64,000 bases of DNA from an uncultured bacterium (GCA_963696395.1 CAVOJZ010000002.1:134433-198432), one strand, 5' to 3'. Positions 44,426-55,600 are shown, numbered from the stretch's first letter. Numbers and translations are program-made. The notes: generated from the sequence alone by a model not told the origin.

Positions 44426-46219
44426 TTACCGCGCGAGCGCAGGGACGCTTTCCAACGCATCTCCGCTTCCACTCTGTTCTTTCCATAGCGCCGAATAAAG
44501 CCCGTCATGCTTTTTGAGTAATTCGTTGTGGGTACCGTGCTCGATAATGGAGCCTTTTTGCAAAACATAAATTTCGTCGGCATGAGCAAGCGTTGAAAGT
44601 CGGTGCGCCACAAGCACCATTATGAGATCGGGGCGCGCTTTTGCAATCTCCCGGATGGTGTCCGTGATAGATCTCTCGGTGATCGAATCCAGGCTCGACG
44701 TTGCCTCGTCGAAAATGATGATTTCCGGTTTGCGCAGGAGCGCCCGGGCGATGGCAAGCCGCTGACGCTCGCCTCCGGAAATTTTTATCCCTCCTTCGCC
44801 AATTTTCGTCTCAAGGCCCTCACCGACGCCGCTTGCGGCACCGCGCTCGGCGATATCGGTGACCGAGGCGCTCCGCAATGCCTCCCAGCAGTCATCGTCT
44901 GTCGCGGAAGGATTTACGAATAGCAGGTTGTCGCGCAATGTCCCGGCAAAAAGCTGGGTCTCTTGCGACACATATCCGATTTTGCGGCGCAAGGCATCGT
45001 AATCAACGATGTTGCCGTCTATGCCGTTCAAGAGAATCGTCCCTTTGGTTGGCTTATACAAACCAACGAGCAGTTTGATCAGAGTCGTCTTTCCTGATCC
45101 GGAGTAACCCGCGAACGCCACCGTCTCCCCTCCTTTGATGTGCAGGCTGATATCTTTCACGGCAAGCGTGTCCCCGGTCCCGTAGCCAAAAGATGCTTTT
45201 TTGAATTCGATTGATTCGAGCGATTCAATTTTCGCGGCGTTTGCCGGTTTTTCCTCCGCGGGAATGGATAAAATCTCTTCGAGCTTTTCCAGACTACCTT
45301 TTGCTTCCTGATATTGTGACGCAACTGTGCCAATGTCGCCGAGCGGTGAAAAAATGTAGAAGGAATAGAACCAAAGCGTCAGGAACTCGCCGAGCGAGAT
45401 CGAACCGAGGAAAATCAGCCAAAGCATGGCGAATAAAATGAGCGAACGCATCGCGTTCACGATAGTCCCCTGCGTAAAACTCAGTTTTCGGATGACCTTC
45501 AGTTTGGAAAGTTCGAGCTCGAGCACTTTATTGTTCACATCGTTCAACCGCTTCGTCTCCTGATCTTCCAAACCCAGACTTTTCACAAGCTCGACGTTGC
45601 GGATGGTTTCAGTGGTTGATCCGGCAAGGTTCGCCGATTCGATTACAATATTTTTCTGGATCGCCTTGATTTTGCGGCCCAGGAAAAACAACGCGCTACC
45701 CATCACGGGAATGATCATGAAATAGAGGAGGCCGATAATCCAATGCACGTAAAATGCATAAAATATTACCAGGATGATGCCCACGAGCGATACGAAAACA
45801 ATATCAACAAAGCTGATGATGAGTTGTTGGCTGTCGAGCCGAGCCTTCTGGAGTTTTTGGAGAAGCGCCCCGGACTGCTGATCTTCAAAAATCGCGTACG
45901 GCAACGAGAACGAATGGGCGACGCTATGAGCATAAAGCTCCGTCCCCACGCGCTGGGTCACCACATTCTCGTAATATTGTTGGAAATTCTTTGCAATGCG
46001 GGAAATCAACGCCGCGCCGATCGAGGCAAGCAAAAGCAATCCAACCCCGCGGAGGAAATCATCGTGCGAGATGGTTCCGATCTTTGAAACATAATTATCA
46101 ATGACCAACCGGAATACCTGCGGGTCAACGAGAGAAAACGCAATATTGATCGTCGCGAGGATGAGCGTGAAAACGAGGTACTTCTTATAATTTTTGAGGT
46201 AGCTATATAAAAGTGGCAT
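44426..46219 (-). CDS. ABC exporter, fused permease/ATP-binding (MsbA-like)
   Basis: 6-TM domain plus Walker A GYSGSGKTTL, signature ISGGERQRLAIARAL, Walker B IIIFDEATS. Confidence 0.9.
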   Translation of the reverse strand: MPLLYSYLKNYKKYLVFTLILATINIAFSLVDPQVFRLVIDNYVSKIGTISHDDFLRGVGLLLLASIGAALISRIAKNFQQYYENVVTQRVGTELYAHSVAHSFSLPYAIFEDQQSGALLQKLQKARLDSQQLIISFVDIVFVSLVGIILVIFYAFYVHWIIGLLYFMIIPVMGSALFFLGRKIKAIQKNIVIESANLAGSTTETIRNVELVKSLGLEDQETKRLNDVNNKVLELELSKLKVIRKLSFTQGTIVNAMRSLILFAMLWLIFLGSISLGEFLTLWFYSFYIFSPLGDIGTVASQYQEAKGSLEKLEEILSIPAEEKPANAAKIESLESIEFKKASFGYGTGDTLAVKDISLHIKGGETVAFAGYSGSGKTTLIKLLVGLYKPTKGTILLNGIDGNIVDYDALRRKIGYVSQETQLFAGTLRDNLLFVNPSATDDDCWEALRSASVTDIAERGAASGVGEGLETKIGEGGIKISGGERQRLAIARALLRKPEIIIFDEATSSLDSITERSITDTIREIAKARPDLIMVLVAHRLSTLAHADEIYVLQKGSIIEHGTHNELLKKHDGLYSALWKEQSGSGDALESVPALAR

Positions 46220-46257
46220 GAATGAACATTATACCAAAGCCGGCAATAAAACGTCAT

Positions 46258-46500
46258 TCAACCAATCGCAAGCTTTAACTTCTTTCCCCGGGTTAAGCGC
46301 TTGATAGCAGCCTCCCGCTTTAATGCCTCGCTCCTCGTTTCGAATCGTTCGCTATAAAGCATTTTCTTTGCGCCATGCGTCCTTGTATATCGCGCGCCAA
46401 TCTTATGTTTGTGCTCGTAAAACCTTCGTTTGAGATCAGTTGTGATACCCGTGTAAATGGTTTTGTCGGCACACTCAAGAAGATAGACGAAATAGGCCAT
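46258..46500 (-). CDS. GIY-YIG nuclease-domain protein (UPF0213-like, 80 aa)
   Basis: YFVYLLECADKTIYTGITTDLKRRFYEHKH. Confidence 0.8.
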   Translation of the reverse strand: MAYFVYLLECADKTIYTGITTDLKRRFYEHKHKIGARYTRTHGAKKMLYSERFETRSEALKREAAIKRLTRGKKLKLAIG

Positions 46501-46512
46501 GTAAGAAATTTC

Positions 46513-48612
46513 CTAAGTCAGAGTCGCGGACTTTTTCGGCTTCGCCCCGGAATCGTCTTTTTCTTTCGTTTTTTCCACGCGCTTATTCAATTCCCGAATC
46601 TCATCGCGAAGTATGCCGGCAAGTTCAAAATTTAAGGCCTTTGCAGCGATGCGCATCTCCCGTTCCTTGTCGGCAATCAGTTTCTGTAGGGCGGTTTTCG
46701 ATTTTGGCACCGGTCCGGTCTCAAGTTTGAGAATCTCGCCGACGTCGGGAAGAATACTCGAGATCTTTCTGATGATGGTTGTCGGCGTTATGCCATGCTC
46801 CTTGTTATAAGCAAGCTGAATATTCCGTCGGCGCTCGGTCTCCTTGACGGCGCGGTCAATGGACCCGGTTATATTGTCGGCATACATCAAGACTTCCCCT
46901 TGAGCGTTTCGGGCGGCCCGGCCGATGGTTTGCACGAGCGACACCTCGCTTCGCAAAAATCCTTCTTTGTCGGCGTCGAGAATTGCCACCAATGAAACCT
47001 CGGGAAGGTCCAGACCTTCGCGCAAAAGATTCACACCGACAAGCACATCCACTTTCCCTTTGCGGAGATCGGTCAGGATCTGGATGCGATCGAGCGTTTT
47101 CACGTCGCTATGCAGATAGTTCACTTTTATCTTTTTTTCCTCGAGGTACGAACTGAGGTCCTCGGCCATTCTTTTGGTGAGCGTGGTGACAAGAACGCGC
47201 TCTTTCTTTGCGACGCGTTCTTCAATCCGAGGAATGAGGTCTTCCACCTGTCCGCGCGCCGGACGAATCGTAATCTTCGGATCGACGAGACCGGTCGGAC
47301 GTATGATCTGCTCAACGATCTGCCCCTGCGGCGGAGCGCTCTCCGTGCGCTCGTATGCGGACGGCGTCGCAGAGGTGAAGATCGTCTGGCCAATCCTTTC
47401 TTTAAACTCCTCAAATCGCAAAGGCCGGTTATCGATTGCCGACGGCAAGCGAAAACCATATTCCACGAGCGTCTTCTTTCGGGCGGCGTCGCCATTGAAC
47501 ATGCCCTGGAGTTGGGGTACGGTCATGTGGGATTCATCAATCACGGTCAGGAAATCGGCCCGGCCGTCATCCGTGTGCGGAAAATAATCAAGAAGCGTTG
47601 CCGGCGGCTCGCCGGGTGCGCGGCCGGAAAGATGGCGTGAATAGTTTTCGATGCCGTGGCAATAGCCGACTTCGCGCATCATGGCGATATCAAACTTGGT
47701 GCGGCGCTCAAGGCGTTCCGCTTCGAGAAACTTTTTCTCTTTTTCAAACGTTGCAAGCTGAACTTTCAACTCCTCCTGGATTTGAATAATGGCCCGCTCG
47801 CGCTCGGGCGCTTCGGTGATGAAATGTTTTGCCGGTGCAAAAATGATATCTGGAATTTTTGGCGTTTTTCCCGGGCGGAAACCGACCACAGGATCAACCT
47901 CGTATATCGTCACGATGGTACCATTCAAGACTTCGATGGTATAGACGATTTCCCGATCCGCGGGCATAATCTCCCAATTTTCACCCCGCAGGCGGTAGGT
48001 TCCTCGCTTTAAGTCGGAATTGGTGCGGCTAAACTGCAATTCCACAAGTTTTCGCGAAAACTCTTTGCGCTCGATTTTGTCGCCAACTTTAAAATGGAAA
48101 ATGTTTTTGGCGTATACCTCAGGCGCACCAAGGCCATAAATGCACGAGACCGAAGCCACGATAATTACATCACGGCGCGTAAGCAGCGAAGTTGTCGCCG
48201 CATGGCGCAGTTTATCTATCTCGTCATTAATCAAAGCCTCCTTATCAATGTAGGTATCGCTCGAAGGGATGTACGCTTCCGGCTGATAGTAATCGTAATA
48301 GGAAACAAAATAATTGACTGAATTTTTCGGGAAAAGCTCGCGGAATTCGTTACACAGCTGTGCGGCGAGTGTCTTGTTGTGCGCGATGACGAGCGTCGGC
48401 TTCTGCGTTTCGGCAATGACATTCGCAATGCTGAACGTTTTCCCCGAGCCCGTGACGCCAAGCAATGTTTGATTTTGATAGCCTCGTTCAATACCTGAAA
48501 CGAGCGATGCAATCGCCTTCGGCTGATCCCCTGCGGGTTTATTGTTAGAAACTATTTCAAAACGGTTCATTGGATTTTGGAAATTACTCAATCCCCCTCG
48601 GGCTCGTGCCAT
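46513..48612 (-). CDS. uvrB: Excinuclease ABC subunit B
   Basis: Helicase motifs (GVTGSGKTF). Beta-hairpin region. C-terminal UVR domain (ILRDEIRELNKR). Confidence 0.95.
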   Translation of the reverse strand: MARARGGLSNFQNPMNRFEIVSNNKPAGDQPKAIASLVSGIERGYQNQTLLGVTGSGKTFSIANVIAETQKPTLVIAHNKTLAAQLCNEFRELFPKNSVNYFVSYYDYYQPEAYIPSSDTYIDKEALINDEIDKLRHAATTSLLTRRDVIIVASVSCIYGLGAPEVYAKNIFHFKVGDKIERKEFSRKLVELQFSRTNSDLKRGTYRLRGENWEIMPADREIVYTIEVLNGTIVTIYEVDPVVGFRPGKTPKIPDIIFAPAKHFITEAPERERAIIQIQEELKVQLATFEKEKKFLEAERLERRTKFDIAMMREVGYCHGIENYSRHLSGRAPGEPPATLLDYFPHTDDGRADFLTVIDESHMTVPQLQGMFNGDAARKKTLVEYGFRLPSAIDNRPLRFEEFKERIGQTIFTSATPSAYERTESAPPQGQIVEQIIRPTGLVDPKITIRPARGQVEDLIPRIEERVAKKERVLVTTLTKRMAEDLSSYLEEKKIKVNYLHSDVKTLDRIQILTDLRKGKVDVLVGVNLLREGLDLPEVSLVAILDADKEGFLRSEVSLVQTIGRAARNAQGEVLMYADNITGSIDRAVKETERRRNIQLAYNKEHGITPTTIIRKISSILPDVGEILKLETGPVPKSKTALQKLIADKEREMRIAAKALNFELAGILRDEIRELNKRVEKTKEKDDSGAKPKKSATLT

Positions 48613-48760
48613 AAGGGGTAAGTAGAACCAGTTTATTGAATCACATCAGTCAAAAAAGATAAAGAAAAACCGCTTTCCGACCTCACCGGAAAACGGCTTT
48701 TCATTAGTAACTACAACATCCAGTATAGCACAGTAGATTAGAACGTTTGTGGATAAAAAG

Positions 48761-49420
48761 TTAACTCCCTAAAACCTTCGTTAATGGGCATAATTCATGC
48801 TTATGCGGCCTTGCTACGCAGTAAGCCCGCCCGTAATCGATGATCCGGTAAGTTGCTGAAAACCAGTCTTTTTCCGGGATAATTGCCATCAAATCCTGCT
48901 CAATTTTTTCGGGAGTTTTTTCTTTGCTCAATCCAAGCACGCGGGAAAGACGCATCACGTGCGTATCCACCGCAATGCCCTCAACCACACCGTAAGCATT
49001 CCCCAAAATTACGTTCGCCGATTTCCTGCCAACGCCCGGAATTTTCACCATCTCTTCCATAGTCCTTGGCAGTTTACCGTGATATTTGTCTTTGATCGCT
49101 TTCGCAGCCGCAAGAATATTTTTTGTTTTTGCCCGATAAAAACCACAGGCATGAATCATGTTCTCAAATTCATGAATCCCCTTTGCAGTCTTTCCCGCCC
49201 GAACGTAATCGTCGATTGTCCGATATTTTTTGAACAACACCGGCGTCACCTGGTTCACTTTCTTGTCCGTGCATTGGGCGGAAAGCTGGACGGCCACGAG
49301 CAGTTCCCAGGCGTTACCAAATGCAAGCGCAATCGTCGCATGCGGAAAAAGTTTGGTAAGCGTTTTTGAAATTTTTTGCCACCGTTTCTTGAGGCGGGGC
49401 AAATCCTTGGAAGCGATCAT
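48761..49420 (-). CDS. nth: Endonuclease III (HhH-GPD DNA glycosylase with 4Fe-4S cluster loop)
   Basis: HhH-GPD GVGRKSANVILGNAYG. Catalytic K/D. C-terminal Cys cluster C...C..C...C. Confidence 0.9.
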   Translation of the reverse strand: MIASKDLPRLKKRWQKISKTLTKLFPHATIALAFGNAWELLVAVQLSAQCTDKKVNQVTPVLFKKYRTIDDYVRAGKTAKGIHEFENMIHACGFYRAKTKNILAAAKAIKDKYHGKLPRTMEEMVKIPGVGRKSANVILGNAYGVVEGIAVDTHVMRLSRVLGLSKEKTPEKIEQDLMAIIPEKDWFSATYRIIDYGRAYCVARPHKHELCPLTKVLGS

Positions 49421-49506
49421 TGCAATATATGATACCTCGATTTGACTGTTAATGAAATATATGATAAAAATGATATCAGAAATTTATAAACCAGATCGGA
49501 GGGACC

Positions 49507-49959
49507 TTGGTGGAAAACCAACGAACTACCATAGCAATGCTATTCCAGGAAGCGAAGGCTCAGTTGGGTCAGGGCGACAGCCTTGAAAATATACTCGATA
49601 GAGTCTTTGGGCAGCACAACCTCGACCACACTACAAGAATATTCCTGACGGCAGAAATCCACTGCCGTATCGAAGGAACCTATCCAGAACCACCGCATAT
49701 TCCGACAAATCAAAGCGAGTTGATGGATGAACTGCATGCATGCGCATCGGTCCTCTTCCACTTTCACGACGAAGACGTGAAAGATGCTGCACCCGATGCA
49801 GCGCGCCGCGCTTGTCGATATTTCCAAGTTCCGCTCTCGAATCGCGGCGTCACGGTGAAGGCACTCTGTTCACGCATGGGAAAAGCTGGCGGACACCAGA
49901 GACCGATCATTGCACGGAAACGCGCCCGAGCAGCAACTGAGATAACGCTTCCGATCTAA
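49507..49959 (+). CDS. Hypothetical protein (150 aa)
   Basis: Long uninterrupted ORF with AT-rich promoter-like upstream region (TTGACT ... TGATAAAAAT) and strong terminator downstream. Confidence 0.4.
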   Translation: MVENQRTTIAMLFQEAKAQLGQGDSLENILDRVFGQHNLDHTTRIFLTAEIHCRIEGTYPEPPHIPTNQSELMDELHACASVLFHFHDEDVKDAAPDAARRACRYFQVPLSNRGVTVKALCSRMGKAGGHQRPIIARKRARAATEITLPI

Positions 49960-49973
49960 CCATTCAGGCATAA

Positions 49974-50007
49974 CCCGCCTAGCAAACCACGCTAGGCGGT
50001 TTTTTTA
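49974..50007 (+). terminator. Intrinsic terminator CCCGCCTAGC-AAACCAC-GCTAGGCGG plus T8
   Basis: Perfect 9-10 bp stem followed by TTTTTTTATT. Confidence 0.6.
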
Positions 50008-50517
50008 TTAACGTCCGTCCGTCTCGTGCTTTAACCAAAATTTTATCCTCCCAGGTGACCACTCGACACCCGTCATATTAACAAAGATAAATTTTAATCC
50101 TCGTCCGTTCGTAGATAAATCACTCTCCCGAAACTCAGCAGTCATCTCCGGCGGAGGGGCAAAGGTTCCCTCATCAACAATCTCAGCTTCAGCTTTCTCT
50201 GCTGTGATATGAAATTTGATCTCAACTTTCTTGCTGCTCTTTTCGGTTTTCTCTGCGGCCAATATGCGGTCAAGGATCTCGTTGTCTTCGGCGTTTTCTT
50301 TAAAAACTTCGAGGTTGCCGTGGACCACGGCGTTCGTCACCGCTTCATACATAGCGGTTCTAAATTTATTAATTTCCTCTTCGGGCCAGCCGTAGATTTG
50401 AAGCTGCTCCTCTGCAATCTGGACGGCGTCTTCGATGGTCTGCCGTTTGCTTTCGAACGAAAACTCCCCCTCGAAAGCTTTTTCTTTGTTTTCAAATGAT
50501 TGGCCTTCGAAAGACAT
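50008..50517 (-). CDS. GHKL ATPase-like protein resembling anti-sigma factor kinase RsbW/SpoIIAB (tentative)
   Basis: N-box-like YEAVTNAVVHGN, then G-rich region. Acidic N-terminus. No STAS or sigma partner nearby. Confidence 0.45.
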   Translation of the reverse strand: MSFEGQSFENKEKAFEGEFSFESKRQTIEDAVQIAEEQLQIYGWPEEEINKFRTAMYEAVTNAVVHGNLEVFKENAEDNEILDRILAAEKTEKSSKKVEIKFHITAEKAEAEIVDEGTFAPPPEMTAEFRESDLSTNGRGLKFIFVNMTGVEWSPGRIKFWLKHETDGR

Positions 50518-50954
50518 TATCGTATTCCGGTATCGCAGTTAATGGTCGTCGTTGCCGTTCCGCCGGCAGAAACTTGCACGAGTGCTTCGGTGCATTGGGG
50601 ATATACGGATCCGCCTTGAGCCTTAAAGCTATACTCGCCCGCCGGGAGGGAGACCGTAAACGCTCCGGACACGTCGCTCGTAATCGTTTGAAGAACTGCG
50701 TTTTGCGGATTTTCAATATCCGAGGAAATTGAAATTGAGGTTGCATACGGCTTTGGAGCGCACGCAGGATCAGGTGGATTTTTTACCACGGGGCAGGTCG
50801 GGCTCAGCAAGACAATCCCCTGCACAAGACCAGACGTCGTTGAGGAAACGCTTCCGGCTCCGGGAACCACCGGTCCTTTTGCGGGATTATAAAAGGCAAG
50901 AATGCCAAGCAAAACAACGATGATTACCGCAAAAACGATCACCAGCGTTTTCAT
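50517..50954 (-). CDS. Secreted protein with carboxypeptidase-regulatory-like / prealbumin-like beta-sandwich domain
   Basis: Signal/TM anchor, then ...SGAFTVSLPAGEYSFKAQ... typical of CarboxypepD_reg folds. Confidence 0.5.
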   Translation of the reverse strand: MKTLVIVFAVIIVVLLGILAFYNPAKGPVVPGAGSVSSTTSGLVQGIVLLSPTCPVVKNPPDPACAPKPYATSISISSDIENPQNAVLQTITSDVSGAFTVSLPAGEYSFKAQGGSVYPQCTEALVQVSAGGTATTTINCDTGIR

Positions 50955-50966
50955 GCACTCATTATA

Positions 50967-51218
50967 TCAAAGAGCGCCTTCTTTCCTCAACATTTCAATT
51001 TTCTTCTTCGTACCGCGGGCATAGCCACCGACCGTCCCATCCGATCGAACCACGCGATGGCACGGCACCTTTTTGGTGTCGGGATTATTGTGCATAATGT
51101 TTCCCACGGCGCGTGCCGCCCGTGGATTGCCGGCGCGCCGGGCGACCTCGCCATACGTCATCGTTTTCCCTCGCGGGATTTTTGCCACAACGGCATACAC
51201 TTTTTCGGTAAACGTCAT
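50967..51218 (-). CDS. MGMT-family methylated-DNA-[protein]-cysteine S-methyltransferase DNA-binding domain protein (stand-alone C-terminal domain)
   Basis: Active-site motif VPCHRVV with upstream HTH-like region. 83 aa. Confidence 0.75.
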   Translation of the reverse strand: MTFTEKVYAVVAKIPRGKTMTYGEVARRAGNPRAARAVGNIMHNNPDTKKVPCHRVVRSDGTVGGYARGTKKKIEMLRKEGAL

Positions 51219-51226
51219 GGGTTTTA

Positions 51227-51961
51227 TTATATCGATTCTTTCACAAAATGCTCGTATCCCATCGCTTGCTTTTGCAGCCGAGTGGAGAGATGAGCATACG
51301 GCCCGGCGGGATTTAAAAATTGTGACTTGTGCACGCTCATCGCTTTCCGTTTGCGTGCCAGATCAATTTTCACCCTAAGATCCCCTTTTCGATGGACCGG
51401 CATGCCTTTATAGGCTCCGAATCTCCGGCGCTTCAGGAAAAATTCCTGACGTTTTTCCGCCACCCGCGGCTGTTCAACAAAAATATCTGCGAGGGTAAAC
51501 GCGGCCATTGGCGTATATGTTTTTTTGGCAATTCCGAGGGCGACCTCACCCACGGTAATGTGATCCCAGTGGGCGCTGATGCCATCAGGGCCAAAACCCA
51601 GGATATAATCCGGTTTAATTTTTCTAATGACTGCGAGTGATTTTTCGAAAAGCTTGCGTTTATGTGCCCGGACGCTTGCGTCGGGAAACCCGAGAAAAAT
51701 CACTTTATCAATTTTTAATATCTTTGCAGCCTTCATCAGCTCGTTTCGACGAATCTTTTTAAGCGCCGAGTCAGTTACCGGCTTTGCAAGGTGCGACTTC
51801 CCTTTTTCGCCGTTCGTTGCGCATATCAAGACTGTTTCCCCGCCCGCTTTGTGATTTTCATACATCGTCCCTGCGGCGAGACCCTCATCGTCCGGATGAG
51901 CGGTGAAAACAACAATCCGCTTGCCGATGAAGGGTGCTTTTTGAGATCGCGAGGTCGCCAT
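51227..51961 (-). CDS. PIG-L/LmbE-family N-acetylglucosaminyl deacetylase
   Basis: VVFTAHPDDEGLAAG metal-binding motif and HxDH (HWDHITVG). Confidence 0.8.
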   Translation of the reverse strand: MATSRSQKAPFIGKRIVVFTAHPDDEGLAAGTMYENHKAGGETVLICATNGEKGKSHLAKPVTDSALKKIRRNELMKAAKILKIDKVIFLGFPDASVRAHKRKLFEKSLAVIRKIKPDYILGFGPDGISAHWDHITVGEVALGIAKKTYTPMAAFTLADIFVEQPRVAEKRQEFFLKRRRFGAYKGMPVHRKGDLRVKIDLARKRKAMSVHKSQFLNPAGPYAHLSTRLQKQAMGYEHFVKESI

Positions 51962-52014
51962 AATGATATATACGAAAATGTTTCTCCATCATAACAAAAA
52001 GAAAGACCAGGATG

Positions 52015-52440
52015 TTAATCCTGGTCCTGAGCGTCGAGAATCTCCTTGGAAACCAATTGCCAGATTCCATCACAATGAATGCCGTACAAATTGATTGTGA
52101 CCAATGGAAATGCCTCCCCAATAACACTCCTCAACGCACGAAGAGTTGCGGCCGAAGACTCGTGATTCTTATCTCGTGTGGCAGGAATCATCACCTCCAG
52201 AACTTTCGCGCCATTCTCGACGGCTTTCCTTATCGAATTGAAAGCCCCTTCCCGTTCGCCTTCTTCCTTGAGAATTCTCCGGGCTCCGCCTGGAACACGA
52301 TAGATATTGACACCATGGCCGCCATCGTAAACATTTTTCAGGAAGAGAAATAACGCACGATTGTATTTGCCGCTGTCGCTACAGATAACCCAAGCTTTCG
52401 TTTTCTTCTCTTCGGAAATTGCAATTCGCACCACCAACTT
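52015..52440 (-). CDS. Hypothetical protein
   Basis: ORF only; start set at MKLVV. No motif recognised. Confidence 0.35.
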   Translation of the reverse strand, partial: KLVVRIAISEEKKTKAWVICSDSGKYNRALFLFLKNVYDGGHGVNIYRVPGGARRILKEEGEREGAFNSIRKAVENGAKVLEVMIPATRDKNHESSAATLRALRSVIGEAFPLVTINLYGIHCDGIWQLVSKEILDAQDQD

Positions 52441-52561
52441 CATAGCGTCTAGCGCTCCTCTTCTGTGTATTTTTATTCTTACCAAACTGCGCACAGTATA
52501 GCACATTTTGATTCTTTTATCAAAAAGACCGGGATTGCTCCCGGCCTATACTGCGAAAACG

Positions 52562-52993
52562 TTATGCTCGATGAGCACCATCAAAGTCAAGAAAATATGA
52601 CTCGACGCTCACTTCTGGGAAAGCCTTCTGGATGATCAAAGTCGCCTTGGCAATCTCATCAGCTTGGACTTTATATTCGGTTGCTTGATCGCCAAGCTCT
52701 TCCGAGCCACCGTATGCACCGCAATCACGATGAGGAAGGAGAATGACACGCCTCGAATGATGGAGTTTTGTTGAAATTCGAATCTGTTTTAGAACGAATG
52801 CGGCTTCCTCCTCGCTGCCATGGGTAATGTCCTTGATAGCGCCGGCGATTTCCACCACGTCCGGGTTCTTCAGTTTAAGCGCCTTGATGAAAGCCTTTCT
52901 TGCGCTATAGAAACGCTTGTCTATGCAAGTAATAACCGTTGCATCGGCCGTGTACTCAGCCTTAGGTGAAATGAACTCAAAAACTTTTTCCAT
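52562..52993 (-). CDS. Small beta-class carbonic anhydrase-like protein (tentative)
   Basis: CxDxR (TCIDKR) and HxxCG (HRDCGAYGG) zinc-ligand motifs at beta-CA-like spacing. 143 aa, short for the family. Confidence 0.45.
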   Translation of the reverse strand: MEKVFEFISPKAEYTADATVITCIDKRFYSARKAFIKALKLKNPDVVEIAGAIKDITHGSEEEAAFVLKQIRISTKLHHSRRVILLPHRDCGAYGGSEELGDQATEYKVQADEIAKATLIIQKAFPEVSVESYFLDFDGAHRA

Positions 52994-53005
52994 GGTTCCT
53001 TACAT

Positions 53006-53254
53006 TTAAACTCTATCCTCCTCGACCAGAAATTTTCCCTCGTTTTCTTTGAATTCTAAAAAGCCGGAGCTGATAGGAATGTAATGCTCTTTGTGATCGT
53101 TGTCAACAATTTTCATGGTTCCCTTTTCCAGGACAGAAATTAATTCTTCGTGATTTGGAAGAATGGTGATCTCCCCCATTTTGGTATTGCAATTCACGGA
53201 GATTGCCTCGCCTTGATAAAGAACTTTTTCGAGTGAATAGACGCCAATTTTCAT
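53006..53254 (-). CDS. atpC: F1 ATP synthase epsilon subunit (beta-sandwich domain only)
   Basis: 82 aa; position after atpD. ...GEITILPNHEELISVLEKGTMKI... Confidence 0.8.
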   Translation of the reverse strand: MKIGVYSLEKVLYQGEAISVNCNTKMGEITILPNHEELISVLEKGTMKIVDNDHKEHYIPISSGFLEFKENEGKFLVEEDRV

Positions 53255-53260
53255 TGGGCT

Positions 53261-54661
<1,401 letters not shown>

Positions 54662-54664
54662 TTA

Positions 54665-55600
54665 TTAACTCAATGCCTGCGCACCGGACGTGACCTCGAT
54701 GATCTGGCTCGTGATCGCGGCCTGGCGCTGTTTATTGTATACGACGTTTAAGGTTCCCGTAAGCTCGCTCGCGTTATCAGAAGCATTCTTCATCGCCACG
54801 CGGCGGGCGGAATGTTCGGAAGCGTTGGCTTCGAGAATCATGTGATGGATGCGGATTTTTAAAAGTTGGGGTGCGAGTTCCGCAAGCACGGCTGCGGGCT
54901 CGGGCTCGATGATAAATTCCCGGTCTTTCCCGTCGAAAAACACTTCCGATTTTGCATATTCCGAATAGCGACCGGCGCGCGGGATAGTTTCCTCGATAGA
55001 TTCTTTAATTTTATCGAAGCTTATCGGCAAAAATTCTCTGGCAACGGCATCCTGGCGAAGCGCTGTCACAAAGGTGGTAAAGAATGCGATCACGCTGTCG
55101 AAATCATGCCGCAAATAGCCTTCAATGAGGAATTCCGCGATTGGCTCCGCTTCGGCCATGCGGGTTACGTCACCGACGCGGACGAAGGACTGAATCACAT
55201 TCATACCGCGTCGCTCAAGATAGGTTTTTGCTTTCTGACCGATCGCAATAAAAGAATATTGCGGGTCGCGAAGATCGATATGGTTCTCGCGGATATAGCT
55301 TTCAAAACGGCGGATGACGGCGCCATTGAACGATCCGGCGAGGCCTTTGTCGGATGTCATAAGAAGAAACGAAGTCTTTTCGATCGGACGTGTCTTTAAA
55401 AGTTCCGGCATAATGACTCCTTCAACGTTCGAGAGCGTGCCGAGCAGTTCAAGCGCCGCATAGGCATACGGGCGGGAATTCAACGCCAGTTCCTGGCTGC
55501 GGCGCATCTTGGTTGCCGCAACGAGTTCCATTGCTTTCGTAATCTGGCCGATATTCTTGACGCTCCGTATGCGCCGTTGGAGGGATTGTCCTGATTCCAT
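54665..55600 (-). CDS. atpG: F1 ATP synthase gamma subunit
   Basis: IRSVKNIGQITKAMELVAATKMRR N-terminus. C-terminal ...ITSQIIEVTSGAQAL. Confidence 0.9.
   Translation of the reverse strand: MESGQSLQRRIRSVKNIGQITKAMELVAATKMRRSQELALNSRPYAYAALELLGTLSNVEGVIMPELLKTRPIEKTSFLLMTSDKGLAGSFNGAVIRRFESYIRENHIDLRDPQYSFIAIGQKAKTYLERRGMNVIQSFVRVGDVTRMAEAEPIAEFLIEGYLRHDFDSVIAFFTTFVTALRQDAVAREFLPISFDKIKESIEETIPRAGRYSEYAKSEVFFDGKDREFIIEPEPAAVLAELAPQLLKIRIHHMILEANASEHSARRVAMKNASDNASELTGTLNVVYNKQRQAAITSQIIEVTSGAQALS

Noticed and set aside
49507-49959. GC-rich promoter-to-terminator unit as an ncRNA (RNase P/tmRNA/SRP candidate)
   Set aside because: Contains an uninterrupted 150-codon ORF, which is unlikely by chance. 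No RNase P (GGAAAGUCCGG), tmRNA tRNA-like end, or SRP domain IV motifs found.
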